Source: Squalus acanthias
Lineage: Eukaryota
Direction: 5' to 3'
NCBI GenBank assembly: GCA_030390025.1
Contig: CM059431.1
Coordinates: 154,692,001-154,756,000, forward strand
DNA length: 64,000 bases
Shown: one piece after another, positions 44,812 through 55,894 of the stretch
How the letters are laid out: every line of letters starts with the position of its first letter
Position numbering within the stretch: the first letter of the stretch is position 1
Made by a program: the position numbers and the translations under genes
The notes under the pieces: generated by a model
The model's input: only the letters and a program-made list of their open reading frames with translations
What the model was told of the DNA's origin: nothing
Database searches by the model: none

Positions 44812-45763
44812 AGTGTGAGGTGATGCACTTTGGCAGGAAAAATCCTAGAGCAATTTATTATCTTAATGGCAAGAAACTGGAGAGTACTGAAGTGCAAAGG
44901 GATCTGGGGGTCCTGGTGCACGAAACTCAAAAGGTTAGTATGCAGGTGCAGCAAGTGATTAAGAAGGCAAATGGAATGTTGGCTTTCATTGCTAGGGGGA
45001 TAGAATATAAAAATAGGGAGGTATTGCTTCAGTTGTACAAGGTATTGGTGAGACCGCACCTGGAATACTGCATACAGTTTTGGTGTCCTTACTTAAGGAA
45101 AGACATCCTTGCTCTCGAGGCAGTGCAAAAAAGGTTCATTCGGTTAATCCCGGGGATGAGGGGGTGGTCATATGAGGAGAGGTTGGGTAGATTGGGACTC
45201 TACTCATTGGAGTTCAGAAGAATGAGAGGCGATCTTATTGAAACATATAAGATTGTGAAGGGGTTGGATCGGGTGGATGCGGGGAGGATGTTCCCGATGA
45301 CGGGTGAGACGAGAACTAGGGGACATAGTCTTAGAATAAGGGGCTGCTCTTTCAAAACTGAGATGAGGAGGAACTACTTCACTCAGAGGGTGGTAGGTCC
45401 ATGGAATATGCTGCCACAAAAAGCTGTAGAAGCTACAACATTAATTAAATTTAAAACAGAAATAGACAGTTTCCTAGAAGTAAAGGGCATTAAGGGTTAC
45501 GGGGAGCGGGCAGGAATTTGGACATGAGTCTAGGTTCGGATCGGTCATGGCCCTGTGGGTAGTGGAGCGGGCCCAGGGACTGTGTAGCCTGATTCTGCTC
45601 CTATTTCGTGTGTGCAATTCTGTTAGATGCAGGAGATGGTTCTGTGATAGATAGTAGATTGGCGGTTAGGATCAGATCAGCCATGATCTTATTGAATGGC
45701 GGAGCAGGCTCGAGGGGCCGATTGGCCTACTCCTGCTCCTATTTCTTATGTTCTTATGTTCTT
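44812..45763 (+). mobile_element. Young 5'-truncated CR1 (subfamily X), TSD AATAA
   Basis: Almost identical, in inverted orientation, to 38457-39295 plus 36700-36830. AATAA at 44807-44811 and 45764-45768. Confidence 0.93.
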
Positions 45764-47700
45764 AATAACAGGCCATTTGTCCCAACTTGTTTATGCCGGA
45801 GTTTATGATCCATCTGAGTATTCTCCCACCCTATTTCAACTAAACAATACAGCATATAATTTTATTAATTTCTCCCTCATACACTTATCTAGCTTCCCCT
45901 TAAATGCATTTATGCCATTCACCTCAACTACTCCATGTTTTAGTAAGTTCCACATTCAACCACTCTCTGGATAAATAAATTTGTCCTGAATTTCCTATTG
46001 GATGTAATAGAGACTCTTATATTATTGAACCCTAGCATTGGACACCCGAACATGCTTAAATGTTTTCTCCACATCTACTCTGATCAAATCCCTCCATAAT
46101 TTTAAGGACCCCTTTTAGGACACCCCTCTGCTTTCCCCTTTCTTGATAAAAGAACCACAGCGTGTTCAATCTTTCGTGATAGTTATAATCTCTCAGTTCT
46201 AGCATCAACCTTGCAAAAAAATTTTCCACCTTCACCAGCGAATCTCTATCCTTTAAATTAGGTTCTATATAAGTATATCATAACTTCTATCCTCGTGAAT
46301 TCTAATCGTATAGAAATGAACACGAGTGATCTATTTTCACTTTTTGTGGCCTGTTCACTTGCGTTGCAAACAGAAAATGCTGGTTATACTCAGCAGGTCA
46401 GGCAGCATCAGTAGAGAGAGAAACAGAGTTAACGTATGGTAGGTTGCATCGTCAGAGCAGATGAGGCGGTGACAGAGAAACTGGGAGAATGGAATACAGT
46501 AGTTACAGGAAGCTGGTGGGAAGAAGTGCAGTCCAGGTAGCTGTGGGAGTCAGTGGGCTTATAGTGAATGCTTGTCAATCGCCATTTTTCCAATGAAGCT
46601 CAACGTAAGCTCGAGGAACAGCACCTTATCATTCGATTAGGCACCTTACAGCCTTCTGGACTCAACATCGAGTTCAACAATTTTAGACCATAACCTCTGC
46701 CCCAATTTATTTTCACATGACTGCTGTTGATGATTCTGCCATTGCCATTTATACCTCATCTCGAGTCATCTTTTGTTTCTTAACTTGTACCATTACCATC
46801 TCCTTTTGCCTTGCAGCATCATCCCTTTTGTCTCTTAATCTCTCCTGCCTTCCACCCTCTCACAGACCGTCCCTTTTGTTCTTTCCTCTCCTCGCCCCAT
46901 TCCCTGCCCTTAGACTTGCTTAAAAACCTTTGACATCGCTAACTTTTTCCAGTTCTGACGAAGGATCTTTGACCTGAAACATTAACTCCATCTGATCTAG
47001 TTTCTCCAGATAACTGAAACCCATCATCCCTGGTACTATTCTAATAAATCATATCTACATTCTCTCCAAGGCATTTACGCCCTTTCTAAAGTATAGCGTC
47101 ATAATTGGACATAATGATCTAACTGAGCTCTAGAAAATGAGTCATAAGGTTTTAGCATCAATTACTTGCTTTTGTAATCGATACCTCTATTTACAAAGCA
47201 AAGGACCCCTTTCTTTTTTTAACAGATTGATTCACTTTCCTGCCTCCTTCAAACATTTGTGTATGCAAACCCCGAGGTCTTTCTCTTCTGCACCCACTTT
47301 AAAATTGTACAATGTAGTTTATACTGCCTTTGATCATTTTCCTTCCAAAATACATCACGTCGCACGTCTCTGCATTATCTTTCATCTGCCATATGTCTGC
47401 CCATTTCACCAGTCTGTGTATGTCGACATGAAGTTTGCTACTATAATTCTCAATGTTTGCGACATTTCCAAACGTTGTGCTTTCTGCAAACTTTGAAATT
47501 ATGCCTCTTGTACAGGTCATTAATTTACATCGAAAAGAGCAGTGGTCCTAATAACTACCAGTGAGAGACACAATTGCATACTTACCCCAGTCCGGGAAAC
47601 AACCGTTCACGATAAAACTCGATTAGAAAATTTCGTGTCCACGCTGTCAGTGCCCCTTTAATCCCAGGGGCTTCAAGTTTGCTATCAAATAATTTATGAC
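45764..47700 (-). mobile_element. Old CR1 fragments, interrupted by a Penelope fragment
   Basis: ORF 47299..47520 (ISKFAESTTFG...WADIWQM) and CR1-type 3' sequence. Confidence 0.7.
46370..46990. mobile_element. Penelope-like fragment with inverted arrangement (minus arm 46370-46580, plus arm 46580-46990)
   Basis: Plus arm encodes RKLEEQHLIIRLGTLQPSGLNIEFNNFR (end of GIY-YIG), followed by a 3' segment matching 31861-32205 in reverse. Confidence 0.8.
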
Positions 47701-47734
47701 TTCAGTGTGACCGTACTTTTAGTGACCCTGCTCA

Positions 47735-48200
47735 AACATTACTGGTGGTGATTCTATCCTAACATTACTGATGATGACTCTAGTCTAACTTTACTGGTTG
47801 TGATCCCAATATAAAATTATTGATGGTGAATCTATTCTAACATTTCTGGAGGTGAATTTAATCTAACATTACTGATGATGCTGCCTGGCTGTTAAGTATT
47901 TGCATCATTCTTTGTTTTTATTTCATGTTCCACACCTAAAATATTTTGTTTTGCATTACAGGTGATGATTCTACTCAAACGTTCTGGTGGTGACCCTAAT
48001 CTAACCTTACTGTGGTTACCATACCCTATAATTACTGGTGGCGACCCTATTCTGACGTTACTGTTGATTACTGTAGCTTAAAACCATTTACTGGTAGTGC
48101 CTCAACTCAAATTAATGGTGGTGACTCAACATTAACCCTACTTGTGATGTTCTTAATTTAACATTACTGATGGTGACTGTTAATGGCTACAGTGTTACTG
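47735..48200. repeat. Degenerate ~26-nt minisatellite (AACATTACTGGTGGTGACTCTATYCT)
   Basis: Repeated aacattactg(g/a)tggtga units, interrupted at ~47877-47955. Confidence 0.8.
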
Positions 48201-49119
48201 GTCAGAATTGTAACGGAACCTGCTGGGACCGAAAACAACGGGTGTGTCAGAGGAAACTGACCTTCCGCTATATCACCCAGACAGTAGCTGACTGGTCTAC
48301 TCGGGGAATTAATGGTGTGGAAAAATATTTATTGGTTTGAATTCGCTATTTTCTCAATTTCTACTTTATAATACATTTTCCGTGAACCGTTGAAAGTGTT
48401 GAAATAACATTTTTTTCAAAGATTTCAAGCGGGCGAGTGTGTAAAACACAACAGACGGGATATGTATTATCCTTTCTATTTGAGCTTTTTCCCCAATTCT
48501 GTTCCATTCTTCAATTTTCTAATCTTTCTCTCTTTTTCATCACCCCGTCGCTCTCAGTCTCTTTCTGTATATCTCTCTGTCTATTTCTGTATCTCAGTCT
48601 TTATACAATAGCAAAATACTGCGGATGCTGGAAAAATTCTGACGAGTGGTCCTCGAGCCGAAAAGTTCTGACAATGGGTCCTCGACGCGAATGCATTACA
48701 TCTGTTTCTTTCTCCTCGATGCTGCCTAAACAGCTGAGTGTTTCCAACATTTTCTGTTTTTATTTCTCACCCATTATCACTCGCACTGTCTCTTTTTCCC
48801 TTTCATGTCTTTATCACTCTCTCTCTCTCTCTCTCGTTCTGCAATGCAAAATAGAACAGCGTTTAGTAATATAAAGCTAACTTACCTCATGGGCCCCTTT
48901 GAACAAAGAAGTTCCCGCGCCAGGATGACCGAGTATTTGAGTTGTTGGACTTTAGATCCCTTCAGCACATGTTCAACCCCCGCTCCTTTATTTAGTAATG
49001 CGTTTCATGTTTAAATTCGCATCTGCTGGTTGCAAATTTACTTACCCTGCATTAAAGTAACGTGTGTTATAAAATCAATGCGGTTAAAATACTTGCCGGG
49101 ATACCACAATACATAGTTC

Positions 49120-52100
49120 AAGATTCATTAATGTCCTTAAGGGAAGGAAATCTGCAGTCCTTACCTGCTCTGGCCTATATGTGTTTCCAGACACAAAGCA
49201 ACGTGATTGACACTTAACGGCCCTCTAAAATGACCTAACAAGTCCCTCAATTGTAATAAACAACTACGAAAATCAATAATAAGAATATAACCAGACGGAT
49301 CACACTTCATTGGCCAAGGCACCGGATTCGCACACGAAAAAGGCTACTTAGCCTAGACGACCTTGCATGTTCCTCCTCACTAACATCTGGGGAGTTGTGA
49401 CAACATTCGGAAAGATGTCCCCCTGACATATTCATGCTCAAAAAATCATACCTTTCATCCAACGTTCCAGAGTGCTCCATCAACGCTTCCACATCGTTAC
49501 TTCTGTCCCCCAACGATCTATCCTTGGCCCCTTTCTATTTCTCATCTACATGCTGCCCCTTGACGACTTTATCCGAAAACATAGCGTCAGTTTCCACATG
49601 TAGACTAGCGACACCCAGCTCTAACTTATCAACACTTCTCTAGACCTCTCCACGGTCTCTAAATTGTCAGACTGCTTATCCGGCATCCAGTTCTGAATGA
49701 GCAGATTTTTTATCCAATTAAATATTGGGAAGATCAAAGCCGTTGTTTTCAGTCCCCACCACAAACTCCGTTTTCCAAGCCATTTACTTCAGCCCTCTCC
49801 CTAACATCTATCTGAGGCTGAACCACACTTATTGCATACGCGGTGTAATATTTGCCCCTGAAATGAACTTCCAACCACATATCCACAGCATAACTAAGAA
49901 TGCCTATTTCCACCTCTGCAACATCGCCACTGAATGGATTGTATCTAACTTATCGAAAAAGAACTCCATGAGCTCCTCACACTGGTTGTTGTATGTGAAG
50001 ATGGAGGAGAGAGGAGAGTTTGATTTATGATGAAGTTAGCAGTAGAGAGTAGAAGCCAGGGTTTATCTTCGCAATCCAGATTGATTCATAACAGTGAGCA
50101 GTTTTGGCAGACGTGAGCAGGACCCCATAATGCCTTATGCGTTCCAGACAGATCTTGTTCAGCTGATGAAACAGTACTCCTCCACGTTAAATACCACTTG
50201 GGAGAAGCTCTGTTGGTAGTAAGGGCACTGAACGTAGTCCGGCTTGAGGACTCCAATGTCCTTCAACAAAAGTGGCTCGGTAGCATGACTACTGACAGTG
50301 CTCTCTGTGTCCTGAAGGATATAGCTGCAAGATTTAGCCTGATGCTAATGGTGAGAGAATCAACAGTAGGGAGAAACCTACTTGACCCCCTCCTCGTCAA
50401 TATATCTGTCGCAGATGCATCTTTCAATGAGAGTATATTTAAGAGTTACTACCGCACAATCTATGTGGAGACAAAGTCTCGTCTTCACACTGAGGACACG
50501 CTGCATCGTGTTGTGTAGCTCTACTATCCTGCTAAATGGGACAGATACAGAACAGATCTAGCAGCTCACAACTGGGTATGCATGAGGCGTTGTGGGCCAT
50601 CAACAGCATCAGAATTGTATACCACCACAATATGCAAACTCATGGCCCGGCATATCCATCACAGTACCCTTACTAGCAATTCAGGGTACCAATCCCGGTC
50701 CAATGAGGAGTGCAGACGAGCATGCCAGGAGTTCCTAAAAATGAGTTGCCAAACTGGTGAAGCTACAAAACTACATGGGCCTTGAATTTGTTGTTGGATG
50801 CATACCTCCTGAGTATGCGTTCGAACCTTGAAATATTTCTGTACTTACCTCCTCGCTCCACAGCTGTAGAGAGCTCTCATCTCGGGCCTGCAGATATTTG
50901 CCTGCATGAAGGCCCTAGGATCCCAGAGGCAAACGCGGTTATCAAGCCACCCTTGGATCATGTGGGCCTGGCCAACCAATCAGAAAGGGGGATTCCAATG
51001 ATGTTTTGGGTAAGTCCATTTAGGGTTGTGCAGCTCTGCTACGGAATCCCCATAAGCAACTTGGAAATCCCCAAATAAATAAAAAAATCACACCACATAA
51101 ACAAAAAATATATGTTCCCATGTTCAAAATTAATTACAAGACCATTAAATTGTGCAATTAAATAAAAAAATAACTTTTTGAAAAATATATATAATCATTT
51201 TTAAACGTGTCAAAATTTACCTAAATAAATTTTAAATGAATGTGTATGTTTTAAGCATTTAAACAATTTAATTGAAACATTTATTTTAAATCTTATGCTG
51301 GTAAAAGAAGGCCTGACGCCTACCAGGCGTAAGGGTTTCGTGGGCTTTCGGTGGGCAATAGTTGTACAAATTGGTCAACTCTGCACCAGCGAGTATTTTG
51401 CAGTGAATGTGAGTGGACTATCAATGCGAATATTGACAGATATTGTCACGTAATTTCCGATAGGAGGCTTCCTGTGTGCGCATACCTCCTATCGGAAAAA
51501 GACTTGCGCTCTTACCTGAGGGCTCACGAGGTTCGGACACTTCCGATGCTGGGCCGCTCCACAGTCGAAATGCGCAGTGCCCACATATCCCAGGGGCGCT
51601 TGAGGTTCGTAAGCGTCCCTGGAATCACGTGTGCCAAGCGAGCCAATGAAGGATGGGAATTCCCATGACTGTTCGCATGACTGAAACCGGCATTTCCGAT
51701 ATTCCTACGGGTGTGTATACAGCTCGTACACACCAGTCGTCATCGGAAAATACGGGCCAATATGTTCCAGGTTTTCGCGCATGTGCAGCACATGCAGAAA
51801 ATCTGAAACTTGCTGGGCCTTTCAGAAGTCTTCCGACTGCTCACGCTGAGTGTACCCTGCCGAAACCACCGTCATTTCAGGCCCTACATTCTTGCTAAAC
51901 AGCGGAAGCAGCAGTCCATATACACAACTAAGCAATTGCACAAACAACGGTTGGGATAAAAGCTCTGCCATCCTGCCACGTCCAGTCGTGAATGGTGGTG
52001 GACAATTGCGGAACTAACAGCAGGAGAATGCGGAGCTCAGTACCTGAGTGCAAAAAGTCAGGACCGAATTCCGACCATTTACATCCTGGTGTTTTCCATT

Positions 52101-52350
52101 GACCAGAAACTTAACTGGACCAACCACAAAATACTGTGGCTACAAGAGCAGGTCTGAGGTTGGGTATTCTGGGGTACTGGCTCACATTCTGATTCCCCAA
52201 ATACTTTACATTAGCTACAAGGCACAAGTCGGGATGTGATGGAATAATCCCCACTTTCTTGGATGAATGTAGCTCCAACAACACTCGAGAAGGTCGACAC
52301 CATCCATTACAATGCAGCCCGCTTGATTGGCACCCCTTCCACCACCTTAA
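49120..52350 (+). mobile_element. Mosaic of decayed RTE-type and L2-type LINE fragments
   Basis: L2-like RT remnant at ~49500-49930 ([12 protein letters not shown], decayed YADDTQL). Endonuclease/RT-like remnants in ORFs 50198..50518, 50582..50785 and 52048..52239. Confidence 0.6.
50777..51884 (+). mobile_element. Composite GGCC-MITE (outer copy with a related deleted copy ending at 51758 inside it)
   Basis: Outer ends GGGCCTTGAATTT...ATTTCAGGCCC; the inner segment matches 55249..55894 in reverse. Confidence 0.7.
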
Positions 52351-52459
52351 CCAGTCAGCTCTGCTCAGAGACAGGCCCCAGTTTTATCCAGTGACCCCAG
52401 GGCAGTCGATCGGCTCGTTATCAGAACTGAACAGACCTTCCTCACTTTTCCTTGCACCA

Positions 52460-53989
52460 GACACCGAACAATATCAGAAACTTCACACTTACACTCAGGA
52501 TCTAAACAATGATACTCTGATGCAGCTTTTTTGTGCTGATCATTGAAATCAACTTCTTTTCAAATTCATCCAAACCATCAAATATCGGAAACACACTTCT
52601 GTTATTGTTTTAGCCTGGTTCATGGAGATAGCCTAAAGGAAATCGAGAGATCTGCCTAGAAATCCGTTGCGGCCGTTGAAGCAAAGCTAGCGGTATCGGA
52701 TCGGCTGCCTGTTATACGCAGCGCCTGATATTCAGTTCTATTGCAGTCAATGGAGCTGAAATCAGACACTGCGTATAACAGGCGGCCGACCCGATACCGC
52801 CCGTTTATCGCCACCGCCCGAGACAAATTTCTAGGCCAATTAATTTTCATGGTCAGCAGTTCAACCATGTCTTCCTTTTTAAACTTCAAGAATAGTATAA
52901 AACGGGAAAGATCACATGTCTGAACCAAGTGATTCTTGATTCATGCCCATTTTTTCTCAGAATTATCTTTGGAGAGTCTGGAAAGAAGAGAATCATTTAG
53001 AAATTGAACAATTATTTACCTGGGTGCACTTAATTGTCTTGTGAACTTGGTGTTCTTTGAGGAGGAAAGACGATAATATTTGAAGAAATATTTTGGAGAG
53101 GAAAAATGTGCAGCTGAACTCTTTGCTTACGTTGTGGACATTACTACCCTATACATCCTGTACATTAATCTTCGCTACTGTCGCATTCTTTGTTCTACTC
53201 TGGGGCCTCTCTTGAAACAGCGCAAATGAGTCGATGCACAGCTGGATGAAACTATCTCTGATCTATTTTTAAACGACATCGCTGGTCTTTTAAACAATGA
53301 GGGTATGATGTTCAAAACCAACGCGCACTTTTAGAAAAAATAGTGCGATTGTTAATGGAGGTTTGTGGTATTTTATTGAGATCATTTTAGTAGCCACGGT
53401 ATCAAAACTTCGCAGATCACCAAAGGTATTATGATGGATATTCTGGTGAAAGATACCACTACCAAGACTGTTGACCACACATTCTCTCACCTCTCCACCA
53501 AATAGTTTCTCGCAGCTCTCTCAATCCTTCTGAACCCACTCCACAAGTTATGAAACACATTCTGGATAACGCTTACAGTAACAGTGATGGTCGTTTGGAG
53601 ATATTTCTTCATTAATATCTCCTCGCCTTCTCCAGGATGATTTGGGTTTATTTCTTCATAGTTCAGCCAAGTAGATCAAAGCTATGCTGAATGCGCCGCT
53701 GGTACAAACTTTTAAAAAACGTGCACAATCCCGAGAACAAAATAACCCTCCTGGACACATTCTATCTCCTGTATGAATTTCAGGACAAGAACCGAATGTG
53801 AGAGTTATTTAGATCAATGAAGAAAATGGAATTATTTGGTGTTGCATTGTAATTGATACACTGCAGAGTACTACCGACATTCTTAGAGCCCTGTGAGATG
53901 ACCGAGGAAGTGAACCTTGTTTACATTGCCATTGAAACTGAACACATCCAGAGGATTCTACTAGTGTTACACAAATGCTAAAAGCTCTG
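52460..53989 (+). pseudogene. Decayed NACHT exon of a second NLR paralog
   Basis: Manual translation gives QFNHVFLFKLQE*..TCLNQVILDSCP, YLKKYFGEEKCAAELFAYV..TLYILYINLRYCRILCSTL, MMDILVKD..HTFSHLSTK*FLAALS, LDNAYSNSDGRLEIFL, LLDTFYLLYEFQD, EEVNL..IQRILLVLHKC*KL|GT. These are co-linear with 20649..22368 and carry multiple stops and frameshifts. Confidence 0.85.
52653..52837. mobile_element. Short (~185 bp) MITE with the same terminal motif, inserted in the NLR pseudogene
   Basis: (T)GCCTAGAAAT...ATTTCTAGGCC followed by AAT; internal sequence is unlike the 760-bp family. Confidence 0.7.
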
Positions 53990-54413
53990 GTATTTTTATC
54001 AATTCTGGAAAAATCCATTATTGTTTGCTGAATTATAGCCATCCAAACGTGAGGTAGTAATATTGGACATGAGCGGGAGCACAGAACAGCTGGAATCGCA
54101 TCTGTCGCACGTTATACTTTGGCCTCAATAGAACTGTATATGCGGCATGTCGTAAAGCGGGGGAAAAATGCGATTCCACCTGTTTTACGTCATCGCCCAT
54201 TTCCAATTTGTCCATGATTTCTAGCTTTCCTTTAGGAATACTGCTTGAACCAATATAAAACATAAACTGAGTTGTGATTATGGAAATGACTTGGGAAGAA
54301 AACAAATTTGAAATCTGTACATTACACGTCGTATAAAGTTGTACTAGAACCCAACCAGTTTGGACAAAATGTAGACAGTGCTTAAAAGCTATCCCGTAAA
54401 CTGCTAGAACATT

Positions 54414-55150
54414 GGTGCAGAAATTCCAATCCCTACGGGTGGGTACGCTCTGTGTACTCACCCGTAGGGACATCGGAAATGCCGGTTCCAGGCATGCACT
54501 GTGCATGCGCTGTAAACCGGCATTTCCGGTAAGTCAAGAAAGCTCTTGACAGATCCTCCGGCTGCCCTGGAGAAGGGCCTTTGCGTGATGAGATTTTCGT
54601 TTTTTAGAGACCCTCCGCCCGCAGAAAATAATTACAATTCTTGCGCCTGCTAAGAGAATTACCAGGAAAAGTGTTGAAAAAAGTGAAAAAAAAAATTCTC
54701 CACTGACTTATTTAAAAATACTCCAAAAAGGTAAGTTTATGTTTTAGCACCGTTAAAAACTTTAATTATTTTTTTCAAACATGTAAATTTTTGTTTAAAA
54801 TAGTTAATTTATGTAATTTCAACTCATTTTAAAAATGTGATTTTTAAAAACAATGTATTTAAAGTTTTACTATGTTTTGGGGTTGATCTCTATTCATATA
54901 TTTGACAGGTCGTCCCGTCAAATGTATGAAGGGAGATTCCCTTCTCTGATTGGCTGCCCATGGCCCACGTGATCCCAGAGACCCTGCGATCCGCCTGCGC
55001 CCCTGGGATACGTGGGCCCCACAGACCGGCAGTTTAGCGAGGCCCAGCAGTGGAACTCTGCGCCTCCCGGGAGCCCTCCGGTCTTGGCGCAGATTTTTCG
55101 AGATCGCAGCACTCCGCCCGCAGGAGGCCTGCAATCGGAATTTCTGGGCC
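54414..55150 (-). mobile_element. GGCC-MITE copy (737 bp)
   Basis: ATT-GGTGCAGAAATTCC...GGAATTTCTGGGCC-AAT; reverse-complement similarity to 35110..35811. Confidence 0.85.
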
Positions 55151-55248
55151 AATGCCTTCCAACGAATAACCACAGACATGAGTTATTTCACAAAATCATT
55201 ATTTGTCCTGAGACTGCATTTCGTGAATTCCTGCATTTAGGTCTCATT

Positions 55249-55894
55249 GCCCCGTATCTTCCGATACACACCCGTAGGGACATCGGAAATGCCGGTTTGA
55301 GGCATGCGAAAAGCAAGCGCTGAAAACCGGTATTTCCGATCTGTCGGACGCCTGCCCTGGAGAAGAGCCTCTGCGGTGGAGAGTTCCGCTTTCTGCAGAA
55401 ATGTTACGCCTGGTAAACGTTAAAATAAAAATGTTCACTCATTTATAATTTAAAATTACTTTTAAAAATGTTATGTTTATTTTTAGCCCCGTAAAAATCC
55501 TTAATTTTTTTTTGTTGAAAGAATTACATTTTTGTTTACAATATTTAACTTGATGTAATTTTTAATCATTTTAAAAACGTGATGTTTTATTTTAATTTAT
55601 TTAATGTTTTAGTGTCTTTTATTCAGTGATTCCCTTTCATACTTTTGACAGTTCTTTCTTTCAAAAGTAAAAAGAGGGTTTCCCTTCTTTCATTGGCTAA
55701 CCTGGCCCACTTAATCCCAGGGACGCTTGCGAACCGCATGCGCCCCTGGGATATATGGGCCCTGCGCATTTCGATTGTGGAGAGGCCCAGCATCGGAAGT
55801 GTCCGGAACTCGTGAGCCCTCAGGTAAGTGCGTAGATTTCTTTCCCGTTTGGAGGCATCCACACTCAGGCAGCCTCCAGCGGAAATGACGGGCC
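55249..55894 (-). mobile_element. GGCC-MITE copy
   Basis: Same internal motifs (cccgtagggacatcggaaatgccgg, AT core); ends GGAAATGACGGGCC. Confidence 0.8.

Noticed and set aside
44640..45527. Novel 295-aa fusion protein
   Set aside because: Chance read-through from flanking DNA into a 5'-truncated CR1 ORF2 starting at ~44812.
36700..45763. One large composite transposon with ~1 kb terminal inverted repeats carrying the satellite
   Set aside because: The arms are CR1 3' ends with different truncation points, the right copy has its own TSD, and I see no shared TSD at the outer ends.
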